A stretch of 64,000 nucleotides of DNA from an uncultured virus (IMG/VR IMGVR_UViG_3300046523_000170). Lineage: Duplodnaviria > Heunggongvirae > Uroviricota > Caudoviricetes. Under the pieces are notes generated by a model. That model worked only from the letters and a program-made list of their open reading frames with translations. It ran no database searches and was not told the DNA's origin. The stretch lies in the IMG/VR virus record IMGVR_UViG_3300046523_000170. One strand, 5' to 3'. The translations under genes were made by a program, and so were the position numbers. Positions 9,246 through 17,493 of this stretch are shown here, piece after piece (position 1 is the stretch's first letter; every line of letters starts with the position of its first letter).

Positions 9246-9893
9246 TCATGCGGCGCTCCCAGGGAAGTTGCGGGAAACTTGGATGTGGCGATCGGCTGCG
9301 GTCGGATTGGTCATGACGGTGCGCGGGCCGTCACGGTAGAGGGCGCTTGCCAGACTTTGCGCTGCGCCGTACTGCGCGCCGGAGAGGCCGAGTTTGACGA
9401 CGGTTTGGTTATCAAACATGGCGGCTTCGGTTTCGTCTCGGTCGCGGCGCCAGCTATCAGCATCAACCCAAGCGTTCGCGTCGTACTTCTTACGCAGCAT
9501 GTGGCGGAGAATTTCTGCGCAGGTGATCTGGATGCATTGCTCGTAGCCAGGCCCAAGGCCGCCCATTTCGATCGAAAAGACCGAGAGTCCTTCATCCCAG
9601 CGCTTCAGCCAGTCGGCCGCATCGGCGCCATAGGTGTCGACTTCCTGCTTTTCTTTATCTTCGGCTTCGGTGCGATAGAAGACTTGGGAGCCGTCGAGAA
9701 ACAGTCCGCGAACCGTCGCGCCAATGCCGCGGCCATAAAATCGCGCGACCATGCCCACCTTGGGTTCGACAGGAGACTCCTCCGGCACGAAGAAGCTCCA
9801 TCCATCTGCGCGCTCGATCGCCCAGCCAGTGATTGCGCGCGCTACGCTCTTGACTGCGACTTCTTCAAACTGCTCGTCGTCTTTCGGGAACAT
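9246..9893 (-). CDS. Hypothetical protein
   Basis: MFPKDDEQ start with GGAG RBS. Confidence 0.7.
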   Translation of the reverse strand: MFPKDDEQFEEVAVKSVARAITGWAIERADGWSFFVPEESPVEPKVGMVARFYGRGIGATVRGLFLDGSQVFYRTEAEDKEKQEVDTYGADAADWLKRWDEGLSVFSIEMGGLGPGYEQCIQITCAEILRHMLRKKYDANAWVDADSWRRDRDETEAAMFDNQTVVKLGLSGAQYGAAQSLASALYRDGPRTVMTNPTAADRHIQVSRNFPGSAA

Positions 9894-10220
9894 CGTTATC
9901 TCCGGATGGGTTGTCGTGGGTACTGCCTCAGTGGCAAAGCCCGTCGTGCGGGGCGATTGGTTGCGTAATCTCGCCCGGGCTAGGCGATGCCAGCGCCGGA
10001 CTTGTGGAACAGCTTCACGCTGAGTTTGTGGTTGGCCAGTGCCTGATCTGCGGCCTGCGCGACTTGCGCGTCTACGCTTGGCGGCTTCATCAACGTCCTG
10101 CCACCGGCGGTGCGGCGTTGTGCGCGGGCGGTGCCGCGTGCAACCTTCATCTTTTTCATCTCGACCTCTTGGTTCGTGGTTCTGCACTGGCGCCGTGCCG
10201 GCGGCTCGGTATCGAGCGAA

Positions 10221-10655
10221 TTAGGTGTTGCCTGCTTCGAGCTTCTGAATCGCGGCGCCGACGATCGCCGCCCAGGTCGCAGCGTCTTTACTGGGGTGGT
10301 CTTCGTAGCGCTCGGTGACGTTGCGACGTCGCCCTCCGGCGCTGACCGATACCGAGCCCTCGTCGGTGTCGTGGTAGGTGTTCAGGCCCAGCTTGGTACT
10401 AAGCTCACCCGCGGCGACCCAATCGCGACGCCAGCGCGGCAGCTCGCCGGTCCATTCGGGCGTCATGCGTTGGTTGTTGTTTGCGCCGCGGAGAAAGCCG
10501 CCTCCACGCACCGGGGCGCGGACGAGCAGGGTGTCTTTGTCCATGCCGGCCGGCGCCGCGAAGCGTCCAAGGCGCATCAGCTGGGCCAGCGCGATCTCGT
10601 CTTCAGCGCATTGCTTCAAATAGGCCTCGCCCCATGGTTTCGGTGGTTCGATCAT
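10221..10655 (-). CDS. Hypothetical protein (NinX/DUF2591-like C-terminus)
   Basis: PRWRRDWVAAGEL..ATWAAIVGAA. Confidence 0.55.
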   Translation of the reverse strand: MIEPPKPWGEAYLKQCAEDEIALAQLMRLGRFAAPAGMDKDTLLVRAPVRGGGFLRGANNNQRMTPEWTGELPRWRRDWVAAGELSTKLGLNTYHDTDEGSVSVSAGGRRRNVTERYEDHPSKDAATWAAIVGAAIQKLEAGNT

Positions 10656-10776
10656 GGTCAGAACCCCACTGCCCGCAGCAGGCCGTAAATTCCAGCGAAC
10701 ACGCACACGACCATGACGGCGTCGACAAGCTTGTCTTGGCGGGTGTAGCGGTTGTGCTTTCGGGTTTCGGCGGTCT

Positions 10777-11061
10777 TCATGCGGCACCTGCAGCAGCCAG
10801 GGCAGCGCGCGCATGCTGCAGTTCATCCGCAAAGCCAAATATGCTGCCGCCGGCTGCGTCGACCTTCTCGGCCAGCAGAGTGAGCGCATTCACCAGGGCT
10901 GCATGCGAATTACAGGCCACGACAACAAGCTCTTGAAGCTGGTCGGCAGCCTCGATGCTTGGACCACCCGAAAACACCTCAATGACCAGGTTGCGGTCAG
11001 CATCCATGATCTGGCGATGCGAGCTGTAGGCGAGCGGCAGCTTGATGTCCTTGGTTTCCAT
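10777..11061 (-). CDS. Hypothetical phage protein
   Basis: VVVACNSHAALVNAL..ARAALAAA motif. Confidence 0.65.
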   Translation of the reverse strand: METKDIKLPLAYSSHRQIMDADRNLVIEVFSGGPSIEAADQLQELVVVACNSHAALVNALTLLAEKVDAAGGSIFGFADELQHARAALAAAGAA

Positions 11062-11071
11062 GGATGGCCTC

Positions 11072-11800
11072 TCATTCATTGGATTCAGACTCGACTTCGA
11101 CGAATTCGCCGGCAGCGCCCAGCCGGTACCACACGCCGGCCTTGATGCCGTTCTCACCGACCTTGCTCGCACGGATATGGAGCAGGTTGTAGTCGTCGTC
11201 GCGGTAGGCCAAAACGATGGCGCCGGTTTCCCCAGCCATGGCGCGACCGTCATAGCCGCATGCCATTGCGACAGAATGTTTTCCGGTGGCCGACGCTGCA
11301 CCGCGGGTGCCGGTGGCCGACGCTGCACCGCTGTAGCCGGTGGCCGACGCTGCACCGCGGGTGCCGGTGGCCGACGCTGCACCGCGATCTTTATCGGAGT
11401 AGGCTGGAGATTCTGGATCGATCGGCGCGCAGCGCTTCACGGTGTATTCGATTGCCGCCTTGATCAGGCCCGGCAGGGAGATCTCTGCCTTAACCGTCAG
11501 GGTCTTGCTTGCGACCTTCGTGTCGTCGCTGTGGCGGCTCAGCTGGCCCGACTGCTCAACCACGGCAAAGCGATTACCGGCCGGCGGATAGTAGTTGAAG
11601 ACATCCAGCGGATATTCGCAGGCGTGGAAGCCGGACTCGCAGGCTTGGACATCGCCGTCGTGGGTGAACGTCTCGCCCAGCTTGTACTGGAAGCCGCGGC
11701 ATTTCCAGTTCTCGTCGAAGCCCTTGAACGAGGTGATCGCCTCCTGCTGCGCCGCTTGATCGTTGTCTTCCATCTGCATCCCCTGTTGTGTGGTGTTCAT
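11072..11800 (-). CDS. Phage protein with GAASATG repeats
   Basis: KGFDENWKCRGFQY..CESGFHACEYPLDVFNYY N-terminus, GENGIKAGVWYRL C-terminus. Confidence 0.85.
   Translation of the reverse strand: MNTTQQGMQMEDNDQAAQQEAITSFKGFDENWKCRGFQYKLGETFTHDGDVQACESGFHACEYPLDVFNYYPPAGNRFAVVEQSGQLSRHSDDTKVASKTLTVKAEISLPGLIKAAIEYTVKRCAPIDPESPAYSDKDRGAASATGTRGAASATGYSGAASATGTRGAASATGKHSVAMACGYDGRAMAGETGAIVLAYRDDDYNLLHIRASKVGENGIKAGVWYRLGAAGEFVEVESESNE
11283..11386. repeat. 27-bp coding tandem repeat, about 4 copies
   Basis: CCGGTGGCCGACGCTGCACCGC at 11283, 11310, 11337, 11364. Confidence 0.92.
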
Positions 11801-11958
11801 CGTTTGCCCGTATTCGCTATAGCCCGCTCTGCCTCAACCAATCCCCATCCCAGCATTCGCCGGATCTCTTCCGGAGCTGGTGGAGGTGTTCTGTCCGCCT
11901 GGCGCTGCTGCATCCAACTACGCACTTGCTGATTGCTCGGCTTGCTGGTCTGCGTCAT
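11797..11958 (-). CDS. Small protein, first gene of the PL operon
   Basis: AAGGA RBS; KPSNQQVRSWMQQRQ..PPPAPEEIRRMLGW. Confidence 0.7.
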   Translation of the reverse strand: MTQTSKPSNQQVRSWMQQRQADRTPPPAPEEIRRMLGWGLVEAERAIANTGKR

Positions 11959-11995
11959 GGCGATCCTTGGTTGAGTTCGCTGCGTTGATGTGATT

Positions 11996-12047
11996 ACTTT
12001 ACCCCTAGGTAAAATCAAACGCAAGTAAAAAATATACCCGCAGGTAA
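11996..12047 (-). promoter_or_regulatory. PL promoter with two operator sites (OL)
   Basis: Minus strand TTGCGT-N17-TAAAGT; 14-bp near palindromes TTACCCCTAGGTAA (11999) and ATACCCGCAGGTAA (12034). Confidence 0.75.
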
Positions 12048-12062
12048 AAATATGTGTAGAAT

Positions 12063-12445
12063 CGCTCCATCGGCCGAGTTCGGCTGATTGCAAGCCTGGA
12101 GCAGGGAGGGGAACTCCGACGCGAACGGCCTAGAGATCGATCGAGCTGACGACATCAGCCGCTTCACTCGTCGGGAACCGCCGGCAGGGGTGAGGGGACA
12201 GGCGTACTGTGGGGATGGTCTGAGATACGCACGCGGGCAGCGAAGTTAGCACCTGTGGACCGGAAAGGCTGACGAGTCGTAGATACGGCGTACCGATATC
12301 CACGTAAAGACCCAGCATAGGAAAGCTGAGTCTTCGTCCCAGCCCCCGATTACCTCAAAACCAAAACGGGGTTGAAGTTAGAGGATGAATTCATAACTGC
12401 AGTAAGCAGTACCTCTAGCAGATGGTATTAGTACCTATAGAGGAT
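12063..12445 (+). ncRNA. Candidate large structured ncRNA
   Basis: No credible ORF; at least eight nested or long-range helices; TAGAAT at 12057-12062 just upstream. Confidence 0.55.
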
Positions 12446-12467
12446 GAGAAAATAAAAAGGGCCGAGA

Positions 12468-12863
12468 ATGGCGCAAAAAATGACCCTGACGGCCTACCTC
12501 ACACAACGAGGCGTGAAAGCAAAGGCGCTGACCAAGGGTGAGGCTGAACTGCTGGGCATTCCGTACCCGCTGCGCGCCGGCTGGCCGCGGCGTCATGGCG
12601 CCATGGAGATCGAGGAGCCAATGCTGGCACAGCTGGTGGCGTGCGCGGAGACTGCGCGGCAAGCGTCAGAAGAGAAGGCGAGCCGCAGTCACGCCAAGAT
12701 CGGGCAAGCCAGGCCAGCCGGCACCAGTCTGCAGGTCCGATCGTCGACGCCATACGAGTTGACGGCCTTCCCTGGCTTCGTGGTGCGCCAGGCCCGGCGC
12801 TACCGATCGCGCAGCCCGGCACCATGGGCGCAAAAAAGCCCGTACGCGACGGGCATCTACTGA
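12468..12863 (+). CDS. Basic hypothetical protein downstream of the candidate ncRNA
   Basis: 131 aa, oriented against its neighbours; EAELLGIPYPLRAGW motif. Confidence 0.7.
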   Translation: MAQKMTLTAYLTQRGVKAKALTKGEAELLGIPYPLRAGWPRRHGAMEIEEPMLAQLVACAETARQASEEKASRSHAKIGQARPAGTSLQVRSSTPYELTAFPGFVVRQARRYRSRSPAPWAQKSPYATGIY

Positions 12864-12870
12864 GTCAGTC

Positions 12871-13476
12871 TTACCTCGCGGCCGGCGGGCTTGCCTGCGG
12901 CTGCGCCGCCCGGGCGGACGTCGCGTTACCAGCCTGTGCGGCAGGCGAGGCAGCCGGCGCGCCGCCGTAAGAAGGTAAGGGCGGAGTTACATTCCTAGCC
13001 ATCCAAAATACGGCCCCGCATAGCAGAGCAATGGCGCCTATGATCTTCCACGTAGTGCCATTAAGCTCTTTCTGCAGGTCTTCCTTGGTTGTATAGTTCG
13101 AGCGAATGACCGCGACGTCAGTTTTGATCGCGGCGACATCCTTCTCGAGTGCGGTGATTCGAGCTTCCATGTCGCCATCTTCACCGCGTCCGCTTGCATT
13201 GTCAACCGGGCCACGCGGTGGCTGCCCACTAACTACGTCATATCGCATCGTGACCATGCGTAGACCAAGGTGCACTAGCTGCTCCAAGATGGGCATGTAG
13301 TGGTCCTTAGACTCAGGATGCTCGGACATGACCTCGTTGAGTCGCCTCGTCGAGACCGTAATCGTGTCGGTAATGTCGTCGAGCCAATCGTTTGTCCCTT
13401 CGGCAGATGGCCGAGTGCTTCGGGCTCCTTGGTTGACCCTAGCCTGTGCTTGCCTTACTTCTTCTTCAGTCGCCAT
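12871..13476 (-). CDS. Membrane-anchored coiled-coil protein (XhlA-like C-terminal half)
   Basis: MEARITALEKDVAAIKTDVAVIRSNYTTKEDL followed by one TM helix. Confidence 0.65.
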   Translation of the reverse strand: MATEEEVRQAQARVNQGARSTRPSAEGTNDWLDDITDTITVSTRRLNEVMSEHPESKDHYMPILEQLVHLGLRMVTMRYDVVSGQPPRGPVDNASGRGEDGDMEARITALEKDVAAIKTDVAVIRSNYTTKEDLQKELNGTTWKIIGAIALLCGAVFWMARNVTPPLPSYGGAPAASPAAQAGNATSARAAQPQASPPAAR

Positions 13477-13584
13477 AGGTAAGATGGTTTGTAACTAACA
13501 GGGAAGTACTCCTAACGTTAGTAACGTGGTTGTTTGCATGCTTTCGCGCCGGTATGAGTTCTCATAAATGAGAACAATTGGAGT

Positions 13585-14022
13585 TTAATTTCCTGTTTGC
13601 AACCAGACGCCAACGCCTCCATGATGCGAACACGTACCCCGTCGATGCTGGCTGAACGAGTACGACCCATCCCGGCACTTCGCACTGGCTCCGGCCGGCA
13701 CCTGGCCGTTCTTCGACTTCGCTGGCGAGTGGACTTCGTGCCCGTCCTGGTTGGTGTAATGTCGATGCGACGTCAGCTGTGCTTCATCGGCCTCTGCGGC
13801 CTTTTGCATGCACAGCTTTTCTCGCATGGCCAACTCGAGATCCCATGCGCGAGTTGTCCCTGGCCTGGGCTCGACAGGCTTCTGTATGTCGCGTGCGGCT
13901 TGCTCGCGGCAAGACATCTCGCGCAGCTTTTGTGCCGTTGCTGCATCCGGCGCGCGCTGGGCGTGGGCAATCGGTAGGCTAAAGAGCGAGGCCGCGAAAA
14001 TAAAGCGAAGCATGCGGCTCAT
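13585..14022 (-). CDS. Exported DUF3761-like protein
   Basis: Signal peptide; ASAKCRDGSYSFSQHRRGTCSHHGGV. Confidence 0.85.
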   Translation of the reverse strand: MSRMLRFIFAASLFSLPIAHAQRAPDAATAQKLREMSCREQAARDIQKPVEPRPGTTRAWDLELAMREKLCMQKAAEADEAQLTSHRHYTNQDGHEVHSPAKSKNGQVPAGASAKCRDGSYSFSQHRRGTCSHHGGVGVWLQTGN

Positions 14023-14849
14023 GGCGTGTATTGAATGTCGAGTTTCTTGTAGACCTTGCCTGTCTGCCTATTGAAGAACCACACCTGCACTAGTTGCATG
14101 ACCAAGGCGTCTCCACTCCAGGCCGCCTCTCGGGGACTATCAATGGTTGGCTTGAGATAGTCGCTGAAATCAGTGCGATATGGTGCCGCCAGATTGCCCA
14201 CGAAGATCTTGGCGATGTTGCCTCTTGCAGCGCGCGCCTCGTCAGGCGTCATTTGGATCGTAGTCGACAGCGCATTTGCAGACGGAGACGACATGTGCGG
14301 AACGTTGATGAATGCGATCGCGCAGGTATCCCATGTGGAGCTATCGACAGCAACCTTTTTGCCGTAGGCATTGGACGCTTCGTAAGTTCGATGGAACTTC
14401 CGATTCGTTTCCAGCTTTTGGCTCGCGATGAAGGCCCCGCCTACCATCTGATGCCCGTCGGCTATGTAGTCATCAATACGTAAGGTTTGGTCATCAGCGT
14501 TGTACTGCTCGCTGAGCATCGAGAGTACGGCCAGCGATGGCACGAAGCCGACCACGCCGCCGAGCTTGATGCCCCCCGCAATGGCGCGGCCTCCCATGGC
14601 GTCTATGCGTTCTCGATAGGCAGCAGTGGTTTCGAATTCACCCTTTTGGAGACCCAAGGAGGCGATCGTCTTGGCTAAGCTTCGGCAATCATTGCCCAGG
14701 TAGTTCGGACCTAACTCAGCCGCTGATGGGTCGAGAGCAACTGACGAATACGAAGCTCCTTTTTTTGCAGGTGCTATCGTTTTCGGGCTGGCGTTGGCAG
14801 CGCAAGTGCCAACGAGAGCCAGTGCGCAAAGCACCGTCAAGGTCTTCAT
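14019..14849 (-). CDS. Exported hypothetical protein
   Basis: Signal peptide MKTLTVLCALALVGTCAANA; KGEFETTAAYRERI motif. Confidence 0.75.
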   Translation of the reverse strand: MKTLTVLCALALVGTCAANASPKTIAPAKKGASYSSVALDPSAAELGPNYLGNDCRSLAKTIASLGLQKGEFETTAAYRERIDAMGGRAIAGGIKLGGVVGFVPSLAVLSMLSEQYNADDQTLRIDDYIADGHQMVGGAFIASQKLETNRKFHRTYEASNAYGKKVAVDSSTWDTCAIAFINVPHMSSPSANALSTTIQMTPDEARAARGNIAKIFVGNLAAPYRTDFSDYLKPTIDSPREAAWSGDALVMQLVQVWFFNRQTGKVYKKLDIQYTP

Positions 14850-14936
14850 CTCTTCCTCCGGGGCCGGCATCTAAGCGTGCCGTATCGCTCACGGAGTATA
14901 TCCTGCTGTCAACACGGAAATTCTCACCAATTATTG

Positions 14937-15686
14937 CTACAGCCGACCTGTCACGACGCGACCAGGCTGGTAGACCACGCGGCCGATGATTTTGAGCTCG
15001 CCGCTCTTTGCATTGATCGGGCCGAACTCCGGATTAATCGAATGCAGATACCACTGCCCGCCGCGGTGGAGCATTTGCTTGATGCACGCCTCACCATCGA
15101 ACGCTATCGCATACAGCTCACGATTGACCGCTCTGGTATCGCTGATGTCGGCGACGACGATGTCATCCTCGAAGAACATCGGCTCACCACTCCTGCCTTT
15201 AACTTGGAAGGCGCGGAGGTTCTGTGGATCACGCCGCAGCTGCGTGACTACATCCATGGGAATTTGCAGGTCATCGCCAAAAGTCTCATCGTGATCTGGT
15301 TCCAGTCTCATGACGCCGGCATGCAGCCGGACGTTCACGCGCTTGATTGCGACCGTATTGAGTTCCGACCCAATTCGGATGGGTCGGGCGCCTGGGAAAA
15401 GGGTGGAGATTGACGGTTGGTCAGTACGGCCCTCGGCGGGAGCCCCGCCAGCTGCGATGATCAGCTCGGGCGGGAGGCTGCACTTGGCAATTTTTGAGAT
15501 GCCCATGAGCTGCTTGAGGCTTGGGCTATGCCTGCAGTTCTCCCAGCCCGAAATATTGGCTTTGGTATGGCCGCGCTCCTCGCCAAGCTCGTCAGCTAGA
15601 AGTAGCCCAAGTCCTAGCTGGGAGAGCCCAGCAGCCTTCCGGGCCGAGCGAACCCAGTCAGCTAGTAATCGTTTCAAATCGTCCAT
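14937..15686 (-). CDS. XRE HTH + S24 peptidase (LexA/CI-type) regulator
   Basis: N-terminal HTH (NISGWEN), LHAG candidate cleavage site, VKGRSGEP Ser, CIKQ Lys, IIGRVV end. Confidence 0.88.
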   Translation of the reverse strand: MDDLKRLLADWVRSARKAAGLSQLGLGLLLADELGEERGHTKANISGWENCRHSPSLKQLMGISKIAKCSLPPELIIAAGGAPAEGRTDQPSISTLFPGARPIRIGSELNTVAIKRVNVRLHAGVMRLEPDHDETFGDDLQIPMDVVTQLRRDPQNLRAFQVKGRSGEPMFFEDDIVVADISDTRAVNRELYAIAFDGEACIKQMLHRGGQWYLHSINPEFGPINAKSGELKIIGRVVYQPGRVVTGRL

Positions 15687-15756
15687 GGCGGCAGTATAAG
15701 AAGGTCGCGCCCCAAAGTACAGAATTACTTGACCTTTGATCTTTCGCAAACTTATA

Positions 15757-15772
15757 CTGTGTATTCATACAG
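15757..15772. promoter_or_regulatory. LexA (SOS) box
   Basis: taCTGTGTATTCATACAGta matches CTGT-N8-ACAG. Confidence 0.85.
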
Positions 15773-15797
15773 TACTTCCGGCATGCAATCATCAACA

Positions 15798-16055
15798 CTA
15801 TCGGCGAGGGGTGATGGCGTCAATGATCTCTTGGACCATCTCCTGGGTGCGTCGTGTCTCGGCGATCATTTGAGCGTTTTGCTCGGCAAGGGTTGACAGC
15901 GAGACGCCGCCGGCCGCGGCAGTCAGGCGGTTAATAATTTCGACGTTCATGGAATGCCCGGCGCGGTCTGCTGCTTCCAGGAGGTCTGCATGCAAATCGG
16001 CCGGGATGCGCATTGCGGTTTTTATGGCTGGCTTCTTCGGTGGCTTTTCTTTCAT
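15798..16055 (-). CDS. Arc/ribbon-helix-helix DNA-binding protein
   Basis: TAMRIPADLHADLLEAADRAGHSMNVEIINRL. Confidence 0.85.
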   Translation of the reverse strand: MKEKPPKKPAIKTAMRIPADLHADLLEAADRAGHSMNVEIINRLTAAAGGVSLSTLAEQNAQMIAETRRTQEMVQEIIDAITPRR

Positions 16056-16301
16056 GCGCGCGATTTTTGCGCGATTCCGAGGAAGAGTGTTGTAAGTGCC
16101 ATACAACCTATGGCACTTTATCAGAGCGAAGTCGGAATAGTTACCTTTTGTAACTACAAAAAAGCAGCCAAGCCCTAGCAAAATGTGATATTTGGTTAGT
16201 TTATGCAGGGCAAATAGGGCATCAAGACCGCTCTATTCAACGTATGTTGGAGTGCTACTGCGTCCTATATTGACGTATAGTATTTCCAAAGGGATACAAA
16301 A

Positions 16302-16514
16302 ATGGTAGACGATGCTGTTCCGGAGCGGGGAAATATGTCTGAAATTGACAATGCTGGTTTTCAGTTGACGGGGCAAGAGGTCCGTCTTATTCGCAATTAC
16401 CGCGCAATGGAGGGCATTGCGCAGCAGACGTTTGTGGATATTTCGGAAGAGTTCGCTCTATCTCTTCCGGCGTCAAGGCACGGCGAGATGCCGGGAACTA
16501 CTTCACCGGGCTAG
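16302..16514 (+). CDS. Small protein resembling the repressor C-terminal domain
   Basis: LTGQEVRLIRNYRAM; convergent and overlapping stop with the repressor. Confidence 0.65.
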   Translation: MVDDAVPERGNMSEIDNAGFQLTGQEVRLIRNYRAMEGIAQQTFVDISEEFALSLPASRHGEMPGTTSPG

Positions 16515-16957
16515 TCATCCGCCTTCGGAACGGCCACTGCAGCATTGCGGATCATAGTTTTCCCTTTCTCAGTAGCGCGTCGGTAAAGGTCGAGAATTTC
16601 CTTCTCGGAAGCGTCTAGTCTATCGAGCGAGGTTTCCGGCGACACTTTCGTTCGCGCCTGGCTCTTGGTTGGCGCGCCAATGGCAGGAGCTTCCGCAGCC
16701 GACGTCTCATCCGCTAACACCACATCGCCGGTCGGCTCTTTGTCCAAGCTGCCACGTTTGAGCGAAAGGGCATCTTCGATGATGTCCCTCATGTCCTCGC
16801 CGATCCGCTTCTTTCCGTCCTTCCCCTCTGGGTAAAGCATCCTCGAAACATAAGAGGGTGACCGCTCTATCAAGTCGGCGAGAGTAGCCGCCCTGCCGTC
16901 GCAATGGCTGCGAAGCAGCGCCTGCAAGTTCCGCCTTCGAATCTCATATTTGTCCAT
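16511..16957 (-). CDS. CI-like prophage repressor without peptidase domain
   Basis: YEIRRRNL..ATLADLIERSPSYVSRML..KRIGE HTH; divergent from cro. Confidence 0.85.
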   Translation of the reverse strand: MDKYEIRRRNLQALLRSHCDGRAATLADLIERSPSYVSRMLYPEGKDGKKRIGEDMRDIIEDALSLKRGSLDKEPTGDVVLADETSAAEAPAIGAPTKSQARTKVSPETSLDRLDASEKEILDLYRRATEKGKTMIRNAAVAVPKADD

Positions 16958-16976
16958 GCGGCATTCAAGCAGCAAT

Positions 16977-17033
16977 TTACTTTCGGGTAAATGACCCATA
17001 GGTATTGACTCTCACTTTACCTGCGGGTAAATT
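16977..17033 (+). promoter_or_regulatory. OR operators (three sites) and PR promoter
   Basis: TTACTTTCGGGTAA, TGACCCATAGGTAT, TTACCTGCGGGTAA; TTGACT-N17-TAAATT. Confidence 0.8.
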
Positions 17034-17039
17034 ACGTCT

Positions 17040-17327
17040 ATGGACAAATTGCTTAAGTACCTCAACTCCTTGGAGAAGGAGGCGCGAGCGGCGTACGCGG
17101 CGGCTTGTGGCACGACCGAGGGATACCTCCGAAAGGCGGTCAGCCGGGACCAGAAGTTCAACGCTGAGCTCTGCATCTCGTTGGAGCGTGAGTCAGGCGG
17201 TGCAGTTCGCTGCGAAGACCTGCTGCCAGATGCTGACTGGGCGTACATCCGCTCGCAGGCGGTGGTCGCAAGCATGTCCCGCAGGTCGACCGACCCGAAG
17301 CCATTGTTGGCCGGCCCCAGTAACTGA
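17040..17327 (+). CDS. Cro/YdaS-like regulator
   Basis: YAAACGTTEGYLRK..LERESGGAVRCEDLLPDADW. Confidence 0.88.
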   Translation: MDKLLKYLNSLEKEARAAYAAACGTTEGYLRKAVSRDQKFNAELCISLERESGGAVRCEDLLPDADWAYIRSQAVVASMSRRSTDPKPLLAGPSN

Positions 17328-17493
17328 GTTGCTCGTCGCGCTCCGCAGTAGATCGTAACTGCGGCGCCGCCAACCTGCAGCGGGACGGCGACCAGATCGC
17401 AGTTCATCAGTACGAAGGCAGCGTTAGACATTTGGACCCCGGTTGTTGTTCTCAGTAAGTGTTGCCAGATTAACTTTCCAACTAGAAAAAGTC

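Noticed and set aside
11283..11386. Possible CRISPR array
   Set aside because: Units are contiguous 27-mers in frame within a protein, with only 5-nt variable parts and no spacers
12063..12445. Retron msr-msd or group II intron
   Set aside because: No reverse transcriptase/maturase in the window and no recognisable domain V or interrupted gene
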